From Gemmatimonas sp. (GTDB lineage Bacteria > Gemmatimonadota > Gemmatimonadetes > Gemmatimonadales > Gemmatimonadaceae): a stretch of DNA of 64,000 bases. The stretch spans positions 1,248,001-1,312,000 of the forward strand of contig OZ257156.1 in NCBI GenBank assembly GCA_965279375.1, given 5' to 3'. Made by a program: the position numbers and the translations under genes. The notes below the pieces were generated by a model, which saw only the letters and a program-made list of their open reading frames with translations, was not told the origin of the DNA and made no database searches. Positions 1 through 9,671 of the stretch are shown here, piece after piece. Numbering within the stretch: position 1 is the stretch's first letter; each line of letters starts with the position of its first letter.

Positions 1-51
1 TACGACCAGATTGTGCGACGCGCGTACGACGGACCGCCAATCTTCTGGTAG
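1..51 (+). CDS. 3' end of cassette gene cut by window edge (YDQIVRRAYDGPPIFW*)
   Basis: open frame 1 ending TAG 40 bp before first attC. Confidence 0.4.
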   Translation, partial: YDQIVRRAYDGPPIFW

Positions 52-90
52 GGCGGCGCGTGGCCGGGCCCAATCCGGCGAGGACGCGCC

Positions 91-200
91 ACCTAACCTT
101 GCGTTGCTATTGACAACGGCTTCAAGGTAGCGGCCTTGCGCCCTGCGGGCGCTGGCCGCAACCTATTGAAGGCCGTTGCAATAGAACGCGAGCGTTAGAC
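91..200 (+). repeat. attC site (family A variant)
   Basis: ACCTAAC...GTTAGAC. Confidence 0.93.
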
Positions 201-215
201 CACTAACAGACTTCG

Positions 216-1211
216 ATGCCTCGACTTGTAGTTGTATTTGACACAAATGTCTATCGCGCCACGGCCGAGTCTGACTTTCTTGAAATGCGTCGACTGGAGC
301 GCTCTCGCGGCGTGATCGGGTTCGCAAACTACGGCACCGTCGTCGAACTCCTCTCACATCTTGCAGCTCCCGACTCTTCTGATGGTCGAGCTTCCGCGGC
401 TGGGGCAGCCCGCCTTGTCGCGCATTGCACTGAGTACGACGGGGCGGTCCACGTGGTTCGATTCATTGCTTCACCCCTGGGCCAAGTCACTCGATACCTC
501 TTTGGGCACACGCCAGTGCAAGAGGAAGACGCGGATGGCTTTGGCGCAGTGCTCGGGCGATGGGTCCATGATCCTGCGTTCCGTGACAGCGCGATAGAGC
601 TAGTGCAGGAAATTCGGGCGGAGACCGCCGCGAAGCGCGCCGCGTACGTGGAGATGCTCTGGGAGACAGTTGTAAAGACTGTCTCTCCACATGCCGAGCA
701 GTGGTCGGACGTGGCAAAGCGGAGCGATCTACGGGATCAGCTGCTAGCCGGAGTTCGCGCCGGAGAAGGGGCCGCCATCATCGCGAACGGCATGGTACGC
801 GAGGCGGCACTGGTTGCGGGTCGCGAACTCAGTGAGACCGAAGAACGGCGCCTGACAGACTCCGTGCTCGTGAACTTTCGAACGATGATTGAGTATCGCA
901 GTCTAATCGTCGAGAAGCTCATCAGTGGCGGTCCTAACATGACCAAGCGCAGTCGCGCAAACGGCGTCTTCGATCAAGTCGTATGCGGCGCTACAGGAGG
1001 GCTCGCGCGAATTCGCAACTGCCCCGTGCTCGTCGTGAGTAACGATGGAGATATTCTAGAAGCTGCACGGAGGGCAGACATGACGCTGGAGATCGTGAGC
1101 CCGGAGGAGTATCGCTCCCTCCTTGAGCGCAATCCAGATGACTTCAATGATCACGTAACTGAGATATTCCGCAAACAAGCCGCTCGCAAGGTGGACGCGC
1201 CAGTGGTCTAA
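216..1211 (+). CDS. PIN-like domain protein
   Basis: N-terminal VVFDTNV, later FD..V and LVVSND acidic motifs; TAA lies in R''. Confidence 0.65.
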   Translation: MPRLVVVFDTNVYRATAESDFLEMRRLERSRGVIGFANYGTVVELLSHLAAPDSSDGRASAAGAARLVAHCTEYDGAVHVVRFIASPLGQVTRYLFGHTPVQEEDADGFGAVLGRWVHDPAFRDSAIELVQEIRAETAAKRAAYVEMLWETVVKTVSPHAEQWSDVAKRSDLRDQLLAGVRAGEGAAIIANGMVREAALVAGRELSETEERRLTDSVLVNFRTMIEYRSLIVEKLISGGPNMTKRSRANGVFDQVVCGATGGLARIRNCPVLVVSNDGDILEAARRADMTLEIVSPEEYRSLLERNPDDFNDHVTEIFRKQAARKVDAPVV

Positions 1212-1324
1212 CCTTGCGTTGGTGCAGACAGCCGCTCAGCGGTGCGCCGTGTAACTGCGGCGCTGGCGCGCCTCCGTTCACGGCTTCCTCTTTGAGCGGC
1301 TGCTGCACAACGCCATCGTTAGAC
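1206..1324 (+). repeat. attC site (family B)
   Basis: GTCTAAC...GTTAGAC. Confidence 0.93.
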
Positions 1325-1447
1325 CGCAATGGACCAACCGCGTGCTCCTCGCCACCGCGGCGCGGTCGCGTTCGTCTCACACGACCACCGTGGTCCCGCG
1401 AGTAGCATACGACGGCAGGTAGTCGCTCACGTCGACGCGGATGACGC

Positions 1448-2107
1448 ATGGTGCGATCGCTCCCGAACTCCACCCGGCGCTTCGGCCTCGTCGCCGCACT
1501 CGCACTGGTCGCGGTCAATGTGGTGTACACGGTCGTGCTCGGCATCGGACTCCTGCGACTCCCCTCGCCGGACACGCCGATTCAAGGCCCGGTGTTCGTC
1601 GCGCTTGAGCTCCTGATCCTCGCGATTGGCCCGTTGCTGGTCGCTGTGGCGGTTGCCATCCACGCGTGGGCGGAGGCCGACCGCCAGATCTACAGTCTGT
1701 GCGGCGTCGTCGGCATGAGTCTCACGGCGCTGCTCACCAGCAGCGTCCACTTCGTCATTCTCACGATCAGTCACCAGGCCACGATGACGGCGTGGCCCGC
1801 GCTCCCGTTGCTGCTGTCGTTCACGTGGCCGTCGGTCACCTACGCGCTCGACATTCTGGCGTGGGATGTCTGCTTCCCGCTGGGCGCGCTGGCCCTCGCG
1901 ATGGTCTTCCGCGGCTCTCGTCTGCACACCTGGATTCGCTGGCTGCTCGTCGCGAGCGCCGGGCTCGCATTCGCCGGCTTGAGCGGGGTGCTGCTTGACG
2001 ATATGGCGTGGCGGAATCTCGGGATCGTGGGCTACGGGGTGATGTTCCCCGTGGCGGTCGGGTGCATCGCGCGCCGCTTCTGGTCCGTCGCGCGCATTGC
2101 GGTCTAA
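1448..2107 (+). CDS. Polytopic membrane protein
   Basis: about 6 hydrophobic segments; TAA in R''; start uncertain. Confidence 0.75.
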   Translation: MVRSLPNSTRRFGLVAALALVAVNVVYTVVLGIGLLRLPSPDTPIQGPVFVALELLILAIGPLLVAVAVAIHAWAEADRQIYSLCGVVGMSLTALLTSSVHFVILTISHQATMTAWPALPLLLSFTWPSVTYALDILAWDVCFPLGALALAMVFRGSRLHTWIRWLLVASAGLAFAGLSGVLLDDMAWRNLGIVGYGVMFPVAVGCIARRFWSVARIAV

Positions 2108-2212
2108 CACGGCGTTGCGGTTGACAGGGCCTGCAAGGATGGTGGCCTGTTCGCTGACGCTCACTGGCCACAACTTATGGAAGGGCCCTGCAACCGAACG
2201 CAATCGTTAGCC
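2102..2212 (+). repeat. attC site (family A)
   Basis: GTCTAAC...GTTAGCC. Confidence 0.93.
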
Positions 2213-2258
2213 AGCGCAGCCCAACGTCACTTTTGCGTCACCCCAATCCTGATTCACA

Positions 2259-4223
2259 ATGTCGGTATTACTTCCTCCGCGTGGCCTCACCTCACTCGCT
2301 CTGCTTAAGGCTCGCTTTGACGCCGGTGAAGATCATCTCGGTCTCTTTGCACCATTCGTGTCGGACATTCTTCCGCGCTTCGGTAGAGACGGCTTCACGC
2401 TTGCAGACTGCAAGCTCGCCGTCGAGCAAGAGCATGGGCTGACAATCCCACAAGACGCTCTATCGCCGATCCTAGCACGTCGCGGACTCGCTGAATTTGT
2501 CAGAAGAGAAGGAGGGCGTTACTGGCTTACGCGGTCTCCTGAAGTGCCAAACAAGCTTCGGGATCAGCGTGAAGCCGTCGAGCGTGACTTTGGCGTCCTA
2601 GCGTCGGCACTACGGAAGAGGCTCAGTGACGCCAAAGAGCCGATAGGCACGCTACAGGATGCACTCGCCCTGCTCGTTGCATTCCTAGTTGACAATGACG
2701 TCGTAGTCCTCCTCGACCAACTAGAGCGTTTCACTCCTCTCAAGAGCGAGGCGCTCTCGCGCCATCATTCTCGCCTCGTCGCAGCATTCATACTAGAGGA
2801 CGTGATTCCCAATCCCGCGCTCGCGAGCGTGCTTGAACAACTAACGCGTGGCATTGTGCTGCAGGATGCTCTGCTGCTTCGCAGTACATCAGAAATTGAA
2901 CAGAGACTAAACGGCCTCACTGTCTTCCTCGACACGGGCTTCTTGCTGGGGCTGGTTGGTGCAAAAGGCGAAGCTGCTAGGTTGGCTGCGCGGGAGTCAG
3001 GGAGTCTAATCGTTGCGGTGGGCGCAACTCTAGCCGCATTTGACGCAACCATCGACGAGATGAAGCGAATTCTCTTCGTCTACGAAAGACTTCTGAGTAC
3101 GCCAGCGGGAAAGTTGTCTCTCCACTCGACGCCTTTGACACATCACTTCCTTAGTGTCGATGCCTCGCCGAGTGATATCAGACAGCTATCTGCAACTCTT
3201 GCATTGAGTGTGAGAGGGTCAGGTGTAGTTGTGCGCGATTTCCCAAAGAGGACGGCCGACTATACGCTCGATGAGACCGATTTAGAGCGGCGGCTATCGA
3301 GAAATGATGGTTCAAAGGAAGACTCGCGAATTCGACACGATATCGATTGCGTTGCTGCGATCTTACACTTCCGCGCAGGAAGAACGTCGCCCGCCCTAGA
3401 ACGTACCAGCGCCATATTCGCGACAACCTCAGGACTGGTGGTTCGTTCGGTTGCTCAGTGGTACCGAGAGCAGGGCGGGCAGGGCCTCTGTCCGGTTATG
3501 CATCTCTCAGCACTTACGAACATTGCTTGGCTGAAGAAGCCGGCCGCGGCCGGAAAGCTGCAACTTCACGAGCTCGCTGCACTCTGCGAGGCCGCTCTGC
3601 AACCATCGCGGCAAGTCTGGGATGCTTTTCAACGCCACTTGCAGCAGCTCCACGAGTCGAAGGAGATCAGCACTGACGAGGCTGTCGCGGTTGTCGCGTC
3701 AGAACTTGCCTCGTCAATGCTGGCTGATATGTCGGAAGATTCGGAGCCAGATGCGTCGTCGATCGGGGACGTGGTTGAACGTGTCAAGGCTCAGTATCAC
3801 GTGGATGCAGACCGGAAGATCGCTCTTCACCAAGCCGAAGTCGATCAGACGCTTGCTACGAAGAATGCCGATATAGCGGAGCGCCAAATGAAGTTGGATT
3901 TCTTAACAAAGGGAATTGACTCGGCGAATACGCGCTATTCGCGGGCAGCCGCAAACGTAGTCTTTTCCCTCCTAGTTGTCGTCATCTTCGGCTCTTTGAT
4001 ACTGAGCCTGCCAGGAGTCTTCGACCATGTACCTCGGGCCGGACGAGTCGGGGCTGTTGCAACATTGCTGATGTCGTTAGGAGTGCAATTGTGGTTTGCG
4101 GTTCTGGGAGGATCACTGCTAGCATTGCGCGACCGTATTCAAGCTTGGTTCGCGCCTCACATCAGGAAGCTGCAACTGGAGCCGCCATCAAGTTCCACCG
4201 ATAATCTCGGCAAAAAGCAATGA
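2259..4223 (+). CDS. 654-aa protein with central PIN-like domain and two C-terminal TM helices
   Basis: TVFLDTGFL, TIDE, HD motifs; coiled region then 2 hydrophobic helices. Confidence 0.65.
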   Translation: MSVLLPPRGLTSLALLKARFDAGEDHLGLFAPFVSDILPRFGRDGFTLADCKLAVEQEHGLTIPQDALSPILARRGLAEFVRREGGRYWLTRSPEVPNKLRDQREAVERDFGVLASALRKRLSDAKEPIGTLQDALALLVAFLVDNDVVVLLDQLERFTPLKSEALSRHHSRLVAAFILEDVIPNPALASVLEQLTRGIVLQDALLLRSTSEIEQRLNGLTVFLDTGFLLGLVGAKGEAARLAARESGSLIVAVGATLAAFDATIDEMKRILFVYERLLSTPAGKLSLHSTPLTHHFLSVDASPSDIRQLSATLALSVRGSGVVVRDFPKRTADYTLDETDLERRLSRNDGSKEDSRIRHDIDCVAAILHFRAGRTSPALERTSAIFATTSGLVVRSVAQWYREQGGQGLCPVMHLSALTNIAWLKKPAAAGKLQLHELAALCEAALQPSRQVWDAFQRHLQQLHESKEISTDEAVAVVASELASSMLADMSEDSEPDASSIGDVVERVKAQYHVDADRKIALHQAEVDQTLATKNADIAERQMKLDFLTKGIDSANTRYSRAAANVVFSLLVVVIFGSLILSLPGVFDHVPRAGRVGAVATLLMSLGVQLWFAVLGGSLLALRDRIQAWFAPHIRKLQLEPPSSSTDNLGKKQ

Positions 4224-4249
4224 GTGTTGTGGCGCCGTCGCCCTGCGCT

Positions 4250-4362
4250 GGCTAACTGTGCGTTGCTGCTGACAGGGCCTTCAAAGGTTGCGGCCAATTG
4301 CTCGCTGCGCTCGCTGGCCGCAACTTGTTGAAGGGCCCTGCAGCAGAACGCGAACGTTAGAT
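4250..4362 (+). repeat. attC site (family A)
   Basis: GGCTAAC...GTTAGAT. Confidence 0.93.
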
Positions 4363-5036
4363 GGTCCCATCGCGCGACGGCAACGGAGCGAGGCCCGCTC
4401 GGATCATTGGGGTTCGCCCGACGTCAGGGCGGCATCCGGTGCGCGGCCCCTCGTGCGCGCCGCGTGACGTCTGCGAGGACACGTTCAGCCATTGTGTGCG
4501 TACTCGTCGGCACATCGAACGATGACCTGCAGGACGCGCGCAGGTGGACATCACCGTCGTGCTCGTGGTCGCGGTCGTGGCGTGAGGCGAACGCGGCGCG
4601 CCGTTCAATCGTCCGAAGTCAATACATGTCGGTGGTCGGGAAGGGCCGCCGCACGGTCCTGGCACGCGATGCCGCGGCTGATCTGCGTCCATCGCTCCGT
4701 CGCTTTGTCGCGTTGCGCGTTGCCGTGCCTCGCGACACGATCGCGAGAGTCCGTGCCGCACCGCTGCATCAGCCGCTGGCGTGGTCGCACCAGACCACCG
4801 CAGTCGACGACAACGCGCGGCCCGCGCGACGGCGTCGATCCTCGCGTGGGGCGCGGATGCAGCGCGTGTGCCGGTTGCCGGTGACCGGTCTTGGCCGGGC
4901 GAGCCCCGCCGGCCCCGCGCGGCGTCGCGTGGCGTCAAGGGGTTGCCGGTCACTGCGCGCGTCACCCCAGCCCTGGCCCACGCGCGAGGCGCGGGCGACG
5001 AACAGGGTCGTGGACGCTCACAACAGCCCTGGGACC
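4363..5036. other. Gene-less cassette, copy 1 (candidate ncRNA/regulatory)
   Basis: no credible CDS; motifs shared with 8860-9527 and 35621-36323. Confidence 0.6.
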
Positions 5037-5147
5037 ATCTAACAATGCGTTGCTGTTGTCGGCGGTTCCAAGGATGGCGGCCTTGCTCCCTTCGGTCGCC
5101 GGCCGCAACCTATGGAAGGCCGCCGCAACAGAACGCCATCGTTAGGT
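5037..5147 (+). repeat. attC site (family A variant)
   Basis: ATCTAAC...GTTAGGT. Confidence 0.92.
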
Positions 5148-5314
5148 GGCACGCGAAGCGCTTGCAGAAACGCAGGGGGGTTCTCACATTCCGTAAGGTC
5201 GCTGAGGCAGGCGGAGTTTGGACGTCCGCTCTTCCCTTTCGATTGCCGTCACGACGTTGGTGTTGGAAGCCAACGTCCTTCCCAGCGGCTTCGATTCGGT
5301 AGCCTAGGTGCGAA

Positions 5315-6139
5315 CTAGCTGCGTTGAGTGTCCGTTGCGTCTGATTCGTCGGTTTCGACCATTAGTTCGACTAGCGCCATCAGCCGTTTTTTCTCGCTAG
5401 CTGTTAAACGCTCTGGCAAGTCGATACTGACGGAGCGTCCCTGTGCCAGAGTCATCGACAGCACATTGCGCCCGACTCTGCGGCCTTCGTCGAGCCTGGG
5501 AGACTGTGTCGCTAAGTCTCCCTCAGTGCGCACGCTCGAAGTCGTGGGTGCTTCGGAGACGCGCTCCGCGGATACGGCGTCAGAAGGAAGTGACTTGGCT
5601 GCAGGATCGTCTTGACGAAGAAGAACTGCGTCTCTTGCCGCGGCGGTCCACTCGATTCTCGTCGGCTTCCCTCTTCTGCCGATCAAGAAGGATCCAAGAC
5701 CGGCGAATGCCGCGAACTTCCCAAATACAAACCCGCCCTCATCGCGGTTTGTCTGACTATTCCCAAAGCCGTGTGTGCTCCACCACGTCTCAATCCATTG
5801 TATGGGCGTCTCGCGTGATTGGCCGCGACTAAAGATGGCCTCCAGCAAGAGCTCGTAGGGTTGATATCGTAGTAGCGCCGTGCGCACCAAAGCCGGACGC
5901 TCCGAGGACTGAGCGAGCGCAAACTCGCGCCCGCTAGGCGTTAGCTCGCCACTGTCCGCTTGGAGAAAGCCGAGCCCTGAAGCCGCGGTAAGCGTCCCCT
6001 GGAAGCCTTGGGTCGGGAAATTGAGCGTCTGAATCTGAGCGAGATCCCGACCGCGAGCCCGAGCCTCCAGAAGCCGAACCAAGTCTTCGGGGGTTGTTCG
6101 ATAAGGGAGCGTTACGGCCCCACCCTTTTGATCATCCAT
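5315..6139 (-). CDS. Hypothetical protein, winged-helix-like N-terminus; inverted in cassette
   Basis: GGAGG RBS upstream; LGFL...ELTPSGREFA motif. Confidence 0.7.
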   Translation of the reverse strand: MDDQKGGAVTLPYRTTPEDLVRLLEARARGRDLAQIQTLNFPTQGFQGTLTAASGLGFLQADSGELTPSGREFALAQSSERPALVRTALLRYQPYELLLEAIFSRGQSRETPIQWIETWWSTHGFGNSQTNRDEGGFVFGKFAAFAGLGSFLIGRRGKPTRIEWTAAARDAVLLRQDDPAAKSLPSDAVSAERVSEAPTTSSVRTEGDLATQSPRLDEGRRVGRNVLSMTLAQGRSVSIDLPERLTASEKKRLMALVELMVETDESDATDTQRS

Positions 6140-6358
6140 ACGTCGCCACCTCCTTATCGGGGATCATAGCTCCAGCCCAATCGCTCCGCAACCCCCTTTG
6201 CGCAATCGGAGTTTTAATGGGCGTTTCTAGGCCCTTTGCAGACTGCGCCGATGCCGCCACCAAGCTGCTGAACGAATCCTGCCCGAGAGGTCCATCGCAG
6301 GACTGAAATTGCCCGCGCTCAACAGCACCCCAGTCGAACAGATCGCCGCTATCGTGCC

Positions 6359-6469
6359 ACCTAACCTTGCGTTGCTGCTGACAGGGCCTTCAAAGATTGC
6401 TCCCTTGCTCGCTCCGCTCGCTGGTCGCAACTTGTTGAAGGGCCCTGCAGCAGAACGCGCTCGTTATAC
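6359..6469 (+). repeat. attC site (family A; non-canonical R' GTTATAC)
   Basis: ACCTAAC...GTTATAC. Confidence 0.9.
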
Positions 6470-6533
6470 CGCCAACAAGCACCACGTTGCGATGAAGACA
6501 CGGGCGGCGCGTCGCCGTGCATTGGCTCCCGTG

Positions 6534-7520
6534 CTACCACCGATTGACGAGCATCTCCGCGATGCGCCCGATGGTGAGCTCGAGCTGCGCAAAGTCGCCG
6601 CGGTTCGCATTGGTGTACACGCTGATGACCAGCACGCCGCCGGGATAGACGATGACACCGACATCGCTGCCGGAGGCCGGTGAAGCGTCGCCCGTCTTGT
6701 GGGCGATGCGCACATCCGAACGATAACGCAGCGTGGCTGGCAATCGTGTGGTGTAGAATTGCCCGAACAGGTGGTTCATCATGGCCGTGCTGCTGGCGCG
6801 ATTCGCGTACTTCGCGGTGTAGATGCCTTCGAGCAGCGTCGTCATCTCGCGCGCGGTGGTGCGACCCAGCCACGTCGTGGAGTCCACGGCATACGCGAAA
6901 CGCCTAGCGGCGAGATCAGCGGCGGAGATTCCAGTGACGGGTGGCGCCCGGAATATCTGAACATTGCTCCACGTCGCACGCTCCGGCGAGGCCGCCGCCG
7001 CGAGATTGCGGAAGAACTGCGAAATGGTCTGCACGAGTCGCGTCTCACGGAACCCAAGCTCGCGCAACATGCCGTTGATGCGGTCCATCCCCAGCTTGAC
7101 GATCAGCGCTTCGGTGGCCGTGTTGTCGCTGGTGATGATCATCTGGTCGATCAGGTCCCGGTACGTCACGGTGGCGCCCGGCGTGAGACGTTTGAGCAGC
7201 CCCGTGCCGCCACGCATGTCCTCTTCGCGCAGCGTGATCCGCTCATCCAAGTTGAGTCGCCCGGCTTCGGCATCCCGGTACGCCAGCAGCATGATCGGAA
7301 TCTTGATCGTGCTCATGGTGTTCATCGGCTGGTCGGCGCGTACGTCCACCGTGCGTCCCGAGCCGAGATGGAGGGCCGAGATGCTTGTCGTCGCCGACAG
7401 GAGGTCGAGCTGGCGGCGAATCTCCGCGGTGATGAGCGTGTCGGCGGTGCGCGCCGCCATTTGTGCCCACGAGGTACGCGCGGACAGCAGCATCAACAGG
7501 GCGAGGACGATCGGGCGCAT
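6534..7520 (-). CDS. Secreted serine hydrolase, class A beta-lactamase-like fold; inverted in cassette
   Basis: signal peptide; STIK (SxxK), SDN and HKTG motifs. Confidence 0.85.
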   Translation of the reverse strand: MRPIVLALLMLLSARTSWAQMAARTADTLITAEIRRQLDLLSATTSISALHLGSGRTVDVRADQPMNTMSTIKIPIMLLAYRDAEAGRLNLDERITLREEDMRGGTGLLKRLTPGATVTYRDLIDQMIITSDNTATEALIVKLGMDRINGMLRELGFRETRLVQTISQFFRNLAAAASPERATWSNVQIFRAPPVTGISAADLAARRFAYAVDSTTWLGRTTAREMTTLLEGIYTAKYANRASSTAMMNHLFGQFYTTRLPATLRYRSDVRIAHKTGDASPASGSDVGVIVYPGGVLVISVYTNANRGDFAQLELTIGRIAEMLVNRW

Positions 7521-7643
7521 GGGGCAGCGAGATGGAGGAGTGGGTGTCAAACGCGTGCACGCGCCGAACTTGCACTCTCCAAAAGCGTTGGGCTAGCCGT
7601 GGCGCTCTCCTCGAGATCGCACCCGGAGGATTGCGGCAGGGCG

Positions 7644-7754
7644 GTATAACATCGCATTGCTGCAGACAGGGCCTTCAAGGATTGCACGCTTGCTCGCTTC
7701 GCTCACCGCGTGCAACCTATGGAAGGGCCCTGCTGCAGAATGCAATCGTTAGGC
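7644..7754 (+). repeat. attC site (family A)
   Basis: GTATAAC...GTTAGGC. Confidence 0.9.
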
Positions 7755-8023
7755 AGCAGCTCGCCCGGCCTGAAGTACCCGCTAGGAGTCAGCGCTTCTC
7801 TCTGTCCCGATGAAGAACGCATCTGGCGGAGGTTTCAGGATCGCACCCATCCTCCTGCTCCGCGCGATGCCAGCCCTTGTGAAACGCGCTCCTACCCAGC
7901 CCAAACCTCTCTAGCACTAGGTTTCGAAGCGCCATCACGCTGAGCTGGTGTTCGTGTTCAACTAGCGGTAGAAGTATCTATCCCTAGGACCAAGCGCGAG
8001 CGAAACCTGCAAGCCCACCTGAT

Positions 8024-8752
8024 ATGAATCGAAGCCAAGCGGAAGCCTTAGTGCGCAAGCGTCTCCGTCCGGAGCTCCGCGATGTACTGCGGGTCGCCTC
8101 TGAGCTTGAGGGCGCCCTACGAGGCATTGTAGAACGTCGCGGAGACGAGGAGCCGCAGCAATTGGCGGGGGTGCAGTCCATTCTTGCTGGTCGACTTGCC
8201 GATGACCTTCGAGCGATGCAGTTGCTATCGCTATCTGGATACGCACACCAAGTAGCGTCTCTCGGCGCAACCGCTTACGAAGTCGCGTTCATTTTCGCTT
8301 ATCTGGGCGAAGACGCGTCGCGAGCACAAAGTTGGCTTGAGCACGAAGATGTGACCAAGCTCCCTTGGAAGCGTACCGACATGGTTCGTGAAGCAACTAA
8401 GTTCGCCTTTCCAACAGATCCTGCGGCAGGCTCGAAGCAGGAAGTATTTTACAAGTTTCTCTGTTGGTATAAGCATGCAAATCCCAATGCGCTGAAGCGT
8501 TTCGCACCGAGTCATAACGCATTGAGCCATGCGCTAAACTCTGATCCTACGTTCTCGTCCGCCCACCCCGACCGAGTTCGGTTGCTGCTTTCGCTTCGGG
8601 CGCCGCTTGTGGCAATGATTTCGCTGCTGCAACGACGGCTTCTGACCGACGCGGAGGCTGCAAGAGTCAGTTGTGCGGCTCGCCTGTATTTCGCCGCCGA
8701 GAACGAGCTCATCGCAACCGAACGCGCGTCAGGCTCGAACGCCGCTGCCTAA
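8024..8752 (+). CDS. Hypothetical helical protein, DUF5677/HEPN-like
   Basis: YKFLCWYKH motif; TAA in R''. Confidence 0.55.
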   Translation: MNRSQAEALVRKRLRPELRDVLRVASELEGALRGIVERRGDEEPQQLAGVQSILAGRLADDLRAMQLLSLSGYAHQVASLGATAYEVAFIFAYLGEDASRAQSWLEHEDVTKLPWKRTDMVREATKFAFPTDPAAGSKQEVFYKFLCWYKHANPNALKRFAPSHNALSHALNSDPTFSSAHPDRVRLLLSLRAPLVAMISLLQRRLLTDAEAARVSCAARLYFAAENELIATERASGSNAAA

Positions 8753-8859
8753 CAGTGCGTTGCTGTTGACAGCGCCTTCAAGGAGTGCGGCCTATTGCTC
8801 GCTGCGCTCGCTGGCCGCATCCTGTTGAAGGGCGCTGCAACAGAACGCGCTCGTTAGAT
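8747..8859 (+). repeat. attC site (family A)
   Basis: GCCTAAC...GTTAGAT. Confidence 0.93.
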
Positions 8860-9527
8860 GGTCCCACCGTGCGACGGCGATGAAGCGAGGCCCGCTCGGA
8901 TCATTGGGGTTCGCCCGACGTCACGGCGACATGCGGTGCGCTGGAAGTCGCGCAGGCCGTCTGACCACCGCGCGAATGCGTTCGCCGGGCGAGAGTGTGC
9001 CCACTAGTGAATCGGAAACGGTGCTCGAGCGGGTGCGCAGGTGTGTCTCACTCTCGTGGTCGTCCAAGTCGCGGTGCTGGTCGTGGCGTGATGCGAACGC
9101 GGCGCGCATCTCGCTCGTCGGAATCCGGCGCCTACCGGTGATCGGGCCTGATCGCGACAAGGTCGCGGCACGCGGCGGGGCCGCCGATGCTGTCTACCAG
9201 TTCGAGACACTTGATGTCGCGGCTCTCGCCCGATCGTCGCGCGCGTGGACGCGTCATGTCCGTGCGACCGCCGCCAACGTGGTCGAGCAGAACCAACACA
9301 CACGGCGACCACACGTGGCCTGCGAGCCGGCATCGCTCATCGCGTGCGACGCGGCTGCGACTCGTGGGCCGGTTGCCGGCCTTGGCCGGGCGAGCCCCGC
9401 CGGTGCCTCGCCGTACCGAGTGGCGTCAAGGTGTTTCCGGTCACTGCGCGCGTCTGGCGACGGTTGCTGCAGAGGCGAGGCGCGGGCGAAGGAGGCAGTC
9501 GTCGCTACTTACAACACTGCTGGGACC
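8860..9527. other. Gene-less cassette, copy 2
   Basis: ends homologous to 4363-5036, centre diverged. Confidence 0.6.
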
Positions 9528-9639
9528 ATCTAACAAAGCGTTGCTGTTGTCGGCGGCATCACGGAGTGCGGCCATTGCTCCCTGCGGTCGCTGGCCGCAT
9601 CCTTTGATGAGCCGCCGCAACAGAACGCAATCGTTAGGT
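9528..9639 (+). repeat. attC site (family A variant)
   Basis: ATCTAAC...GTTAGGT. Confidence 0.92.
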
Positions 9640-9671
9640 GGCCCTCCAACCCATTGCTCGGAAGCCTTGAG

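Noticed and set aside
1214..1405. Recurrent short ORFs such as MRWCRQPLSGAPCN and MRPVSASEQAAI
   Set aside because: Translations of attC repeats; they also artificially extend many listed ORFs (12754, 27137, 36360, 48359, 57771, 62175)
4407..5042. ORFs 4407-5042 and 8880-9533 as real proteins
   Set aside because: Arg/Ala/Ser-rich, no RBS or shared start, frame not kept in copy 3; not fully excluded
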